DNA of 64,000 bases from Myxococcota bacterium. GTDB taxonomy: Bacteria; Myxococcota_A; Bradymonadia; UBA4248. Below are positions 10,030 through 19,173 of the stretch, in pieces (position 1 is the first letter of the stretch; each line of letters starts with the position of its first letter). A program made the translations under genes and the position numbers. The notes beneath the pieces were generated by a model, which worked only from the letters and a program-made list of their open reading frames with translations, made no database searches and was not told where the DNA came from. The stretch is taken from contig JAZRVP010000220.1 of assembly GCA_045599245.1 (NCBI GenBank), forward strand, positions 590 through 64,589, written 5' to 3'.

Positions 10030-10165
10030 GTTTGATTTTGGGTGATTTTTTGGGGGGCCTGCTATGCCATGCGGCATACGCAGGCCTTTTTCTGCTATGC
10101 CTTTGGGCATACGCAGAAAAAACTGAACGCGCGCACTCGCGCATACCTCATAATAAGGATGCTGC

Positions 10166-11578
10166 ATGGTTAAAATATCGTTTGATGAACATCTCAAAAA
10201 AGTGTTCGGCAGTGAACTCGATGATTATCTCAACCACCCGCCTGTGGGTGAATTTGTACGCGTCAATACACTTCGTGCTACGCCGGAAGCCGTCATGGAA
10301 GTTCTGACGCGTCACGGTTTTGAGGTTGAACGCGTCGAGGGACTTTCCGATGCGCTTCGGCTCCACAATATGCCTTATGAACCGACGCAGTGCCTTCATC
10401 ATTTTGCCGGCTGGTTCGTCAAACAGAGCTTGAGTTCGCAGCTTCCCGTTCGTTTTCTCGATGCTCAACCCGGGCAGAATATCATTGATTTATGCGCGGC
10501 TCCCGGATCCAAGACGACCCAGATCGCTGCCGCCATGCATAACCAGGGCTGTCTTTATGCCAACGACCTCGCCGGAAAACGCATGACACCGCTCGCGGCT
10601 CGTCTCGATGCCATGATCGTCTCTCACGCCGTTCTCTACAACACGGCCGCTGAAAAACTCGTCCGCATTCTGCCGCCGATTTTCGATCGCGTACTCGCCG
10701 ATGTTCCGTGTACGGGGCTTGGACACGTCGATACGCTTGATGAATGCCGATATCGTTATGATCATTGCAAAAATCCAGAGTCCCAATACCAGCTCCAATA
10801 CTGCATTCTGATGGCCGGTGCCCGTCTTCTCAAACCCGGTGGACGAATTGTCTATTCGACGTGTTCTCTCAATCCCGATGAAAATGAAGCCGTCGTCAAT
10901 GAACTCATTCGCCGTTATCCGTTCAAACTTCTCGATATGGAGGACATTCCCGGCATTCATTTTCGCGAGGGCATGACGTCGTATAACGGCCGAACGTTTG
11001 ATGAAACGCTCAAAAAAAGCCGCCGTGTGACGCCGTGGGAAAACGATACACAAGGTTTTTATGTGGCTGTTCTCGAAAAGACAGAAGAGCTGGACAAATA
11101 TCACAGGCTCGTCGATCCGTGTGCTCCCAGGTCGGAAACCCGAGGTATGGAGGATCCGGAAATTGCGGCGATTCTCGAAAATATCGAGCGGTATTACGGG
11201 ATAGAGCCGGAGCATTTCAGACCGTACAGATTTTTGCTTTCACCGCGAGCGGTTTACTGCATTGATGCCCACTGGGAAAGCATTGTGAACGGGTATCAGA
11301 GGGCGGGAATATGTCTTGCGAAGCGCCGTGGCGGCATCTGGCGCCTGAGCCATTCAATGATTCAGCGGTTCACAGGGGGCATAACGCGCAATATGGTCAA
11401 GCTCAATGATGCGCAGATGTCGGCGATATGTGAAACTGGCGAGGTTGATGTGCCGATCGATGAGATCGAGTCGCCGTATCCTGTGATTTATTATGAGCCG
11501 ATGGGATGTCTGGCGACGACGTATGATTTGGGCGGCGGCCGTATTCGTTGGAAGCGTCCGTGCAGCTATAAATTATAA
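10166..11578 (+). CDS. rsmF: NOL1/NOP2/Sun-family rRNA (cytosine-C5) methyltransferase, RsmF-like
   Basis: SAM-binding motifs DLCAAPGSKT and DVPCTG, catalytic YSTCSL. 470 aa with an RsmF-type C-terminal extension. SD AAGGA lies 7 nt upstream of ATG 10166. Confidence 0.8.
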   Translation: MVKISFDEHLKKVFGSELDDYLNHPPVGEFVRVNTLRATPEAVMEVLTRHGFEVERVEGLSDALRLHNMPYEPTQCLHHFAGWFVKQSLSSQLPVRFLDAQPGQNIIDLCAAPGSKTTQIAAAMHNQGCLYANDLAGKRMTPLAARLDAMIVSHAVLYNTAAEKLVRILPPIFDRVLADVPCTGLGHVDTLDECRYRYDHCKNPESQYQLQYCILMAGARLLKPGGRIVYSTCSLNPDENEAVVNELIRRYPFKLLDMEDIPGIHFREGMTSYNGRTFDETLKKSRRVTPWENDTQGFYVAVLEKTEELDKYHRLVDPCAPRSETRGMEDPEIAAILENIERYYGIEPEHFRPYRFLLSPRAVYCIDAHWESIVNGYQRAGICLAKRRGGIWRLSHSMIQRFTGGITRNMVKLNDAQMSAICETGEVDVPIDEIESPYPVIYYEPMGCLATTYDLGGGRIRWKRPCSYKL

Positions 11579-11586
11579 AAAGTCCG

Positions 11587-11645
11587 GCGTATTGGCGAAG
11601 CCGATAGCCGGACTGCCCGTGGCGTATTGCGAAGCGATAGCCCGG
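11587..11645. repeat. Two tandem REP-like palindromic units (GCGTATTGGCGAAGCCGATAGCC)
   Basis: Imperfect palindromes TATTGGC-GAA-GCCGATA and TATTGCGAAGCGATAGCC immediately downstream of the rsmF stop. The same unit recurs at 19465-19522 and 34868-34943. Confidence 0.6.
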
Positions 11646-11717
11646 GCCAAAACAAGAAAGCACACGCATACAAGAAAGGCCGAAATCCTGAGGGAAATCG
11701 GCCTTTTTAGTGATTAA

Positions 11718-14700
11718 TTATTTTGCATCACGACGTCGACGCAGGCCGAGGAGGCCGGCACCGAGCAGAGCCATGAGGGAAGCGAGTGCCGGGAAGTGCG
11801 ATGTTTTCTGAGCCATGACGGATTGGCAGGCGCAGTCATCGTCGGCATAAGCATTTTGGTCCGTAATGAGGTTTCCGTTACCGTCGCCATCGGGATTGGA
11901 ACCGGCGCCGTTTCCATCGCCGTCACCGTTGTTTCCGTTTCCGAAGAAACCGGTTTTACCGCATGATTTGGTGTCATCGCAGGGTTCGAGCGGATCCATG
12001 CCGTGCTGAACTTCGTAGCCGTCGGGCACGCCGCCGTTGTCAGTGTCGGGGTTATTCGGGTCGGTTTCGCCGTCGTCGATGCGTCCGTTGTTGTTTTTGT
12101 CCTCGCCGGGCATACAGCGTTTTTCGACGTTGTTGTTGCCGTCGCAAAGGCCGTCGCCGTCGGTGTCAGGATTGAGCGGATTGGTTGGATTTTCGCCGAG
12201 GACTTCGGTTCCATCGGTGAGGCCGTCGCCATCGGTATCGGCTTTATTGGGGTTGGTTTCACCGGAATCGAGCTGACCGTTGTTATTTTTGTCTTCGCCG
12301 GAAACGCAGGCACCTTCGACGGAATTGCTGCCGTCGCAGAGGCCGTCTTTGTCGGTGTCAGGATTGAGCGGATTGGTTGGGTTGCTTCCGCGCACTTCGG
12401 TGCCGTCAGAGATACCGTCTTTGTCGGTGTCAGCGATATTTGGATCGGTTTCGCCGTCGTCGACGCGGCCGTTGCTGTTCTTGTCTTCACCGCCGTAGCA
12501 AACGCCTTCAATCGTGGTGGGACCATCGCAGAGGATGTCGCCGTCGGTATCGGGATTGAGGGGATTTGTTGGATTTTCGCCAAGGACTTCAATGCCGTCG
12601 GAGAGGCCGTCGCCATCGGAGTCAGCTTTGTTGGGGTCGGTTTCGCCGTCGTCAATGCGTCCGTTGTCGTTTTTGTCTTCGCCGCCGGTGCAGATGACGT
12701 TCCCCTGGTCACTCAGGACGGTTTTGGAACCATCGCAGAGGCCGTCGTTGTCGGTATCGGGATCGTTCGGGTCGGTCTTGTTTTCGCCGAAGAATTCGGT
12801 GCCGTCGGAAAGGCCGTCACCATCGGTATCGGCTTTGTTGGGGTCGGTGCCGGTGACGTCATTTTCAAAGTTGTTGGGCAGGCCGTCGCCATCGTCATCG
12901 TTGTCGCAGTACTGAATATCCTCATAAGTGATGCAGATGTAGCCCGGGGTGACGGTGCAGGCATTGGTGCATCCGTCGTTGTTGTTCAGGTTGCCATCGT
13001 CGCATTCTTCGTTGTTGCTGACTTTGCCGTCGCCGCAGGAGCCGATGCTCGAGTCGATGGAAACGGGAACAGGGGCTTCGGGATTGGCACTGCCATCGGG
13101 ATCGAAAGATGCTTCGAGTGTGTATTCGACGGGATCCGTACCAACTTTTTCGAGTTCGAAAGTGATGGTAACGGTTTCACCGGGAAGGAGTTTTCCGTCG
13201 CGAACATCATTTTCTTTGTCGAATTCCATTTCCGGACCGCCATCATGAACGTTTTCGCCGTTGATGGTGAGGGTATTTGGAACGTACTGAGCTTTATCGT
13301 CCGGGTAATTGAGGTCGAGGGTAAGGCCGTTGATGATGCTTTCACCGGTATTTGTAACGGTGAGAGTGTATTTGATTTTTCCGCCTTCGACGGGTTCCTG
13401 GCTGATGGTGGGTTCGATGAAGTCGTAAGTCCACTGACGTCTGAGGTTTGTGAGGCTGACGAAACCGCCGCCCATGTTCATGCCGCCGGTGCAGCTGGAG
13501 TATTCGTAGCTGATTTCGGCATAGACGACGAAGACACCGTTATTGTTCTTGTTGATACCGTTAACCGGGACCATGAGGTCGAGCGTGTATTTTTTGGAAG
13601 AAGTATAGGGGATGCTGTCGAGAGAGACCGAACAAGCCTTGAGAGAAGAGCTGTATGGGGCGCAGGAAACGGAGGGATCGATGACCTGAATTTCGGGCGT
13701 GAGATAGAATGTTGCGACGGTATTGTTGGCATCAGCGGTACCGTAAGCGTTGGAGAGATTGAGTGTTGCGGTAAAGGTTTGTCCCGGGACGGGCAGCCCC
13801 TTATTGAGCGTGATGCTGCTGCCCTCGAAGTTGGGGGCATTGACGTCGATCTGGAAAGCGACGAGAGTTGGAACGAGAGAGTCTTTTTTGGTGTTGACGC
13901 GGACGATGGCGGAGGACTGTTTGTTTCGAATGTTTCCTGATTTGAGAGGAAGCGTGGTGATATCCCAACCCTGACGGGCGCCGTCTGTGAGTGTGACGGT
14001 GCTTTCGGAAACTTTATGGGTTGAGGGGTCCTGTCGAAGGATATGGTTTTTGTTGCCGAACAAGCCGCGAGTATCGAGCGTGCCGTCAGATTTGTTGATC
14101 TGGGAGGCGAAGAAGTTGTTGACGGCATTGTTTGGGCCGTAAAGAGCCTGGAAAGTGGAGGTTGAAGACTGAGCGATCTGGAGGGAGTCGCCGATGTAAG
14201 CGGTGGTAGAAGTGGCGTCGCCTTCCATTGCGGAGACGAAAATTTTGCCGTTGATGGCACCGGAATCCGGGGCACAGAAGCCGCTGATATTGTAATCGAC
14301 GATTTTATCTTCTGCGACAAAGCGGTCGCCGATGAACATGGTGATATTACGTGTTGGGAGGACGTCGCCGATGGATTCGGGGATGGCGTAAACGACGGCG
14401 AGTGTCCATCCGCCGGCGTAAGTATTAGCGAGGTCCTGAACGGCTGGAATGCCGGTAACGGAATATGTGCCGCCGCCGTTTTTGTCGACGAAATCGGTGA
14501 CATCTGCGTGATTCAGATAGTAATAGGCGTTCCAGTTTGTGCCGTCATTTGCGCCGATGTAATCAATTTTTTTGCTTTTTTGAGGGGCAATTTGTTTTGA
14601 AGAAGCGGCACCGACGGAAGTGAAGGTAACGGGTGTATTGATATTGGAAGAGACATTTTCATTGCTTCCGGCATAATTGGCGGCCCATAAGAGTTCGGCG

Positions 14701-15008
14701 TGTTTGACGACGGCACCGGCCGGAAGATCGAGAACGGCACTGGAACCATTTTTAGTCCAGTCGGAAGTTGTGCCGAGACCCCAGTAAGCATTTTCCTGAT
14801 TTTTGGGGTCGAGAGAGGTAAACGTACCGATACCGTTCTGAGTACCGGGTTTGTCCTGGCCATTGATATCGTAGCTCAGGCCAATTGTATTGCCTGTGAT
14901 GATCATGTCGCCGGAGAGAGTGGCGTCATAAATAGGCTGAATGCTTTGTGCCTGTGCAGCTGTCGGGACTGCCATTGCAGCAAGGATAAAAGCGAGTTTT
15001 TTATTCAT
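11718..15008 (-). CDS. Large secreted protein with thrombospondin type-3-like Ca-binding repeats, a Cys-rich repeat and a C-terminal hydrophobic/basic tail
   Basis: Start ATG 15006-15008 with SD GGAGATAT. Signal peptide MNKKLAFILAAMAVPTAAQA. C-terminal half holds ~12 repeats of D-x-D-x-DG-x-x-D/C-x-x-E type (DTDGDGLSDGTE, NPDTDGDGLCDG). Cys-rich motif CGDGKVSNNEECDDGNLNNNDGCTNAC. Extreme C-terminus ALASLMALLGAGLLGLRRRRDAK. The antisense 645-aa GV-rich ORF 12003-13940 is a shadow. Confidence 0.8.
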   Translation of the reverse strand: MNKKLAFILAAMAVPTAAQAQSIQPIYDATLSGDMIITGNTIGLSYDINGQDKPGTQNGIGTFTSLDPKNQENAYWGLGTTSDWTKNGSSAVLDLPAGAVVKHAELLWAANYAGSNENVSSNINTPVTFTSVGAASSKQIAPQKSKKIDYIGANDGTNWNAYYYLNHADVTDFVDKNGGGTYSVTGIPAVQDLANTYAGGWTLAVVYAIPESIGDVLPTRNITMFIGDRFVAEDKIVDYNISGFCAPDSGAINGKIFVSAMEGDATSTTAYIGDSLQIAQSSTSTFQALYGPNNAVNNFFASQINKSDGTLDTRGLFGNKNHILRQDPSTHKVSESTVTLTDGARQGWDITTLPLKSGNIRNKQSSAIVRVNTKKDSLVPTLVAFQIDVNAPNFEGSSITLNKGLPVPGQTFTATLNLSNAYGTADANNTVATFYLTPEIQVIDPSVSCAPYSSSLKACSVSLDSIPYTSSKKYTLDLMVPVNGINKNNNGVFVVYAEISYEYSSCTGGMNMGGGFVSLTNLRRQWTYDFIEPTISQEPVEGGKIKYTLTVTNTGESIINGLTLDLNYPDDKAQYVPNTLTINGENVHDGGPEMEFDKENDVRDGKLLPGETVTITFELEKVGTDPVEYTLEASFDPDGSANPEAPVPVSIDSSIGSCGDGKVSNNEECDDGNLNNNDGCTNACTVTPGYICITYEDIQYCDNDDDGDGLPNNFENDVTGTDPNKADTDGDGLSDGTEFFGENKTDPNDPDTDNDGLCDGSKTVLSDQGNVICTGGEDKNDNGRIDDGETDPNKADSDGDGLSDGIEVLGENPTNPLNPDTDGDILCDGPTTIEGVCYGGEDKNSNGRVDDGETDPNIADTDKDGISDGTEVRGSNPTNPLNPDTDKDGLCDGSNSVEGACVSGEDKNNNGQLDSGETNPNKADTDGDGLTDGTEVLGENPTNPLNPDTDGDGLCDGNNNVEKRCMPGEDKNNNGRIDDGETDPNNPDTDNGGVPDGYEVQHGMDPLEPCDDTKSCGKTGFFGNGNNGDGDGNGAGSNPDGDGNGNLITDQNAYADDDCACQSVMAQKTSHFPALASLMALLGAGLLGLRRRRDAK

Positions 15009-15299
15009 ATCTATATCTCCTTCAGGAGGAATGATGTCCACTACCGGACGATGAAATCCTCATATTTTGAAATATTAAATGGTGCCAATAAAATGGCCTA
15101 TTAGTATAGCAGATATTTGTGCTGACATCAATATCTGTTGGGTGCGCTTTGTTTACGATGAGAACCAAAAGAATATAATACTATTCTAAAATACCGTGGT
15201 GTATTTGAATAAAATTCAAAATATTTTTGTCATTGTAAATAATAATTAGTTTGCAAAAAATTGTATCTGGTCCTGACGAATGGTTTATGTCTATTCGTC

Positions 15300-15341
15300 A
15301 GGTACAAAAAAACCGCCATACCAAACGTATGGCGGCTTCTT
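15300..15341 (-). terminator. Rho-independent terminator for the 15359-17389 gene
   Basis: On the minus strand: GCCGCCATAC-GTTTG-GTATGGCGG followed by T7. Confidence 0.7.
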
Positions 15342-15358
15342 TCATTCAGAGTGTTTGG

Positions 15359-17389
15359 TTATTTGCAGACAGCCTGGTATGTGGAGGCATTGTAAGTACA
15401 GGATGAGGAACAGACGGCAGAACCTTCTTCGTCATTTTGTGTGCATCCGAGCATATAGGTTGTGCCTTCGAAATCGTAGCAAATGGACAGTGCCACAGAC
15501 TGGATACCAACGAGTTCGCCGGATTTGTTTAACTTGCATCCGAGGTAGTAGTAAATGCCGTCATCACACGGGTCATCGAATGCAGGAACCTGTTCACCGT
15601 CTTTTGTGCAGAGGCTTTTGACGGTAGCATTGGTGTAAACGCAGTCCTGGGTGCCGTCGTTCAGCGTATCGCAAGCCATGCCGTTTTGGGCACTGCATGC
15701 ATAGGTGTCAACTTTATTGTCGTTGCCGCAATAATAGAGCGTTGAGCTGGTGCAAACATCCTTGAAGGAGGCGTCACAGGGATCGCCTGTCTTTGGTGTC
15801 GTGGGCTGTGTGGTGCCTGAGCTCTTGCAGACGCCGTTTTCGCAGGAAGTTCCCGATGTGCAGGGGGTCTGGGTTTGCCATTTGCCGCTCACGCATTTCT
15901 GGGGAACGCCGTATCCATTGCACTGAAGTGCGCCGTTTGTGCATTCGGATGGATTGGTTGAGCTTCCTGCGCAGGCAGTACCGGCGGCATTGCAGCCGTT
16001 GGGACATTCGTCGTAATCATCTGTCATCTGACTGAACAGGATGTTCCCGGCTTTTGTGCATTCGTAATAGAAGGTGTAGTAGTTGCCTTCGTATTCTTCA
16101 CATACGGTTGTGACGGCACCTTCTCTTGAGCAGGAATCGGCGCAGTATGAGTCGGCTCCATTTTCTGCGATGCAGAGAGCCATACCGTTGGATTTGCAGT
16201 AGGATTTGTTCTCGGCGCTGGAGCATTCGGAATATTCCACGGTGTCGGTGCAGCCTTCGGTTGGCGAGCAGTACGCATCGCACATCTCATAGCTGTTGTT
16301 GTCAACGAAGTAGCCGTAAGAACCGTCCTTGGCGGCAGAGCAAACGATCGGATATGCGACCATCATCATGCCGTAATAATCGTAGCAGAAATATGAACCG
16401 GTCTGACCATTTTGGTTTGCAGTGCAGGTGTTGACGCAGTCGGCGATGCCGCTTGCGCTGACTTTGCAGGATGTGCCATCCGTGCAGGCATAATCAGCGA
16501 CCGTATTATCAGAGCAGTAATATGCCGTGTTGTTGGCACAGGATTCGGAATAAGTTTTGGAATTGCAGGACGAACCGACGACCGGTTTGTCGGGATTGTC
16601 AGGTTTGTCGGGATTGTCGGGATTGTCAGGTTTGTCGGGATTGTCAGGAGTGTTGACGCATGCACCGTTTTGGCAGGTACCTGAACAGGTTTCGAGGTCA
16701 ACCCATGTGCTTCCGGCACAGAACTGAACTTTATTGCCGACGCACTGTTTTGAGCCTGCTGTGCAGACTGGTGAGTTGCATTGGCCGTTTACGCAGCCGT
16801 AATCGCAGGTATTGCCGTTGACCCAGGCGTTGTTAATACAGGTCTGAACGATAGGACCGTTGCACTGTGTTTGACCATTGGTGCAGAGTGTGGGGTCTTC
16901 TGTGCGAAGTTTGCACATGTTGTTTTCACAACCCCAGGGGCAAACAACGGGCTGCTGAATGCCGCCGACACAGGCCAGAAGGGTTGAGGCATCCTGGCAC
17001 AGGCTGACGGTGCATGTTGATTGAGGCTGCTGAGGCTGCTGAGGCTGCTGAGGCTGCTGCTGATAAGCCGACGGATTGCACTGGTCATTGGCACAGCCAA
17101 ATGGACAGGTAATGGGTTGGGCATTACCACCTGAACAGAACAGAAGCGTCTGGGAGTCCTGACATCTGTTGGCTGAACATGTGTTCGCCGTAATACACGC
17201 ATCACCGGAGCAACCATTCGGACACGTAATTTCCGATGCCTGCCCGTTCGTGCATGCCATCAATGTCGATGCATCTTTGCAGTAACTCGCTGAACATGGT
17301 GTCACCACCGGATCGTCTTTGCTTTCCGCACAACCGACTACCATACAAACAGCCGCAAGAATGCTCGCTTTTACCCACAAATTCTTCAT
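15359..17389 (-). CDS. Cys-rich repeat lipoprotein (paralogue family with 40973-, 44317-, 47710-genes)
   Basis: Lipoprotein signal MKNLWVKASILAAVCMVVGC. Tandem ~36-aa modules C-x3-C-x-D-x2-TLL-x-C-x(8-10)-C-x2-GC-x3-C (CKDASTLMACTNGQASEITCPNGCSGDAC). PQQ-rich and PDNPDK-rich linkers. Confidence 0.8.
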   Translation of the reverse strand: MKNLWVKASILAAVCMVVGCAESKDDPVVTPCSASYCKDASTLMACTNGQASEITCPNGCSGDACITANTCSANRCQDSQTLLFCSGGNAQPITCPFGCANDQCNPSAYQQQPQQPQQPQQPQSTCTVSLCQDASTLLACVGGIQQPVVCPWGCENNMCKLRTEDPTLCTNGQTQCNGPIVQTCINNAWVNGNTCDYGCVNGQCNSPVCTAGSKQCVGNKVQFCAGSTWVDLETCSGTCQNGACVNTPDNPDKPDNPDNPDKPDNPDKPVVGSSCNSKTYSESCANNTAYYCSDNTVADYACTDGTSCKVSASGIADCVNTCTANQNGQTGSYFCYDYYGMMMVAYPIVCSAAKDGSYGYFVDNNSYEMCDAYCSPTEGCTDTVEYSECSSAENKSYCKSNGMALCIAENGADSYCADSCSREGAVTTVCEEYEGNYYTFYYECTKAGNILFSQMTDDYDECPNGCNAAGTACAGSSTNPSECTNGALQCNGYGVPQKCVSGKWQTQTPCTSGTSCENGVCKSSGTTQPTTPKTGDPCDASFKDVCTSSTLYYCGNDNKVDTYACSAQNGMACDTLNDGTQDCVYTNATVKSLCTKDGEQVPAFDDPCDDGIYYYLGCKLNKSGELVGIQSVALSICYDFEGTTYMLGCTQNDEEGSAVCSSSCTYNASTYQAVCK

Positions 17390-17732
17390 AAATTTCCTCC
17401 GAAAAACTCACTTTTTTATTTTCGAATATTAATGATGACTGATTGCAAGACTGCGCAATTCAATTTTTGAGGGGCTAAAAAAAAGCTCTCATTGTGCATT
17501 ATATCCTAAATGCACACATAAAACTACACATAACCGCCAACTATTTTGTCAAAAATTCGGTGTGAGGGTGGGTTGTGGGGTGGAATTTGATTTTTCTGCA
17601 CACAATGTGGTTATTTTTGTTTTGATAGTGTGGTTTAAACGATTTTGATGTAGGAAATTCTACTCGAATGAGGTTTTGTTTGGGCACAGGGTGTGTGTCT
17701 TTCTTCATTTTAATTTACACAACGGAAACAGC

Positions 17733-18959
17733 ATGAATACCCCAAAAAGTCTGCGGCTTCATATTGCAGTGTTTGGCCGGCGCAATGTCGGCAAATCGAG
17801 TCTTCTCAATGCTTTGACACATCAAACGGTGTCGATCGTGTCAGAATATAAAGGCACAACAACGGATCCTGTGGAAAAGTCGATGGAACTTCCCGTGATA
17901 GGGCCGGTTGTACTGATTGATACGGCGGGTCTGGATGACGAAGGCGAACTTGGTGCGCTTCGCGTCGAGAGAACGCGTCGCGTTTATGACCGAACGGACC
18001 TTGGTCTGATTGTGACGGATGGCGTGTGGGGGGAATATGAACGATCGATTCGGGATGCACTCGAACATCGCAACATCCCGTGGATTGCGGTTTTGAACCA
18101 GTGTGATCGCGTCGAGTATGCTGAATTGGAACAGACACTTCTGGCGGAAAATGCGGTGTGTGTTCGGACGGATGCCGTGAACGGAACAGGGATGGACGGG
18201 CTTCTTCAGGCCATGATTCGAGTTGCGCCGTCTGATTTTCTCGAAACAACAGATCTGGTTGGGGATTTGGTGCCTGAGGATGGACATGTGGTACTCGTCA
18301 TTCCGATCGATCGCGAGGCACCGAAAGGGCGTTTAATTTTGCCGCAGGTTCAGACGATAAGAGATTTGCTCGATCATCGCGTTTCGTGTTCGATATGTCG
18401 CGAAGACCGAGTCGGCGCGATGCTCGAGATGCTTCGGTGTCCGCCGTCTCTGGTTGTGACAGATTCACAGGCGTTTGGAGAGGTGAGCCGGCAGGTGCCT
18501 CGCGATATCATGCTGACGGGATTTTCGGTGTTGTTTGCGCGATACAAAGGCGATTTGGCGAGTATGGCTGAGGGAGCGGCGATGATATCGCGGCTGAAGG
18601 CGAGGGATCGCGTTCTGATTGCCGAAGCATGTACGCATCATCCGATCCAGGATGACATTGGCCGCGTGAAGATTCCCGGCTGGCTTCAGAAACATGCCGA
18701 AGGCGGGGTTGAAGTCGATTTTGTGAGTGGTCAGGAATTTCCGGAGGATTTAAGCCGGTGGCGTCTCATTATTCATTGCGGGGCATGCATGTGGACGCGT
18801 CGTCAGATGCTCGAACGAATTCGTCAGGCAAGGGAGCAGGGGGTTGCGATAACGAATTACGGTCTTGCGATTGCGGGGCTTCACGGGATACTGGATCGGG
18901 CATTGGAGCCGTTTCCGGAGGCACTTCGCGTCTGGCAGGAGGCGATGAATAAAAGCTAG
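17733..18959 (+). CDS. hydF: [FeFe]-hydrogenase maturation GTPase HydF
   Basis: N-terminal GTPase motifs GRRNVGKSSLLNAL (P-loop), TTD, IDTAGLDD, NQCD. C-terminal FeS-binding CTHH...HCGAC (CxHx45HCxxC), which is diagnostic of HydF. Start ATG 17733 preferred over the track start 17676. Confidence 0.85.
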   Translation: MNTPKSLRLHIAVFGRRNVGKSSLLNALTHQTVSIVSEYKGTTTDPVEKSMELPVIGPVVLIDTAGLDDEGELGALRVERTRRVYDRTDLGLIVTDGVWGEYERSIRDALEHRNIPWIAVLNQCDRVEYAELEQTLLAENAVCVRTDAVNGTGMDGLLQAMIRVAPSDFLETTDLVGDLVPEDGHVVLVIPIDREAPKGRLILPQVQTIRDLLDHRVSCSICREDRVGAMLEMLRCPPSLVVTDSQAFGEVSRQVPRDIMLTGFSVLFARYKGDLASMAEGAAMISRLKARDRVLIAEACTHHPIQDDIGRVKIPGWLQKHAEGGVEVDFVSGQEFPEDLSRWRLIIHCGACMWTRRQMLERIRQAREQGVAITNYGLAIAGLHGILDRALEPFPEALRVWQEAMNKS

Positions 18960-18970
18960 AAACAAAAAAA

Positions 18971-18998
18971 GGCAGCTTCAAAAGAAGCTGCCTTCATT
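18971..18998 (+). terminator. Rho-independent terminator after hydF
   Basis: GGCAGCTTC-AAAA-GAAGCTGCC followed by TTCATTGATT. Confidence 0.65.
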
Positions 18999-19000
18999 GA

Positions 19001-19071
19001 TTCCGCGACCAGGATTCGAACCTAGATACTTGGCACCAAAAGCCAATGTCCTGCCATTAGACGATCACGGA
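19001..19071 (-). tRNA. tRNA-Gln (anticodon TTG)
   Basis: Minus-strand cloverleaf with acceptor TCCGTGA/TCGCGGA, i.e. the U1:A72 pair typical of tRNA-Gln. Anticodon stem TTGGC/GCCAA with loop TTTTGGT (anticodon UUG), T-arm CTAGG-TTCGAAT-CCTGG, 71 nt. Isotype assigned from the anticodon only. Confidence 0.7.
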
Positions 19072-19173
19072 ACATGGACAAACGCGCTGTCCGAGGAGGC
19101 GCATTTACATAAGAATGTTAAAAGAGTCAAGAAAAGAATTAAGCGGATGGCAAAAAGTGTTACAGCTCAGGCA

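Noticed and set aside
12003-13940. 645-aa ORF on the plus strand (Gly/Val/Ala-rich)
   Set aside because: It is entirely antisense to the TSP3-repeat gene and low-complexity. It is a shadow ORF caused by the GAY/GGN codon periodicity of the real gene.
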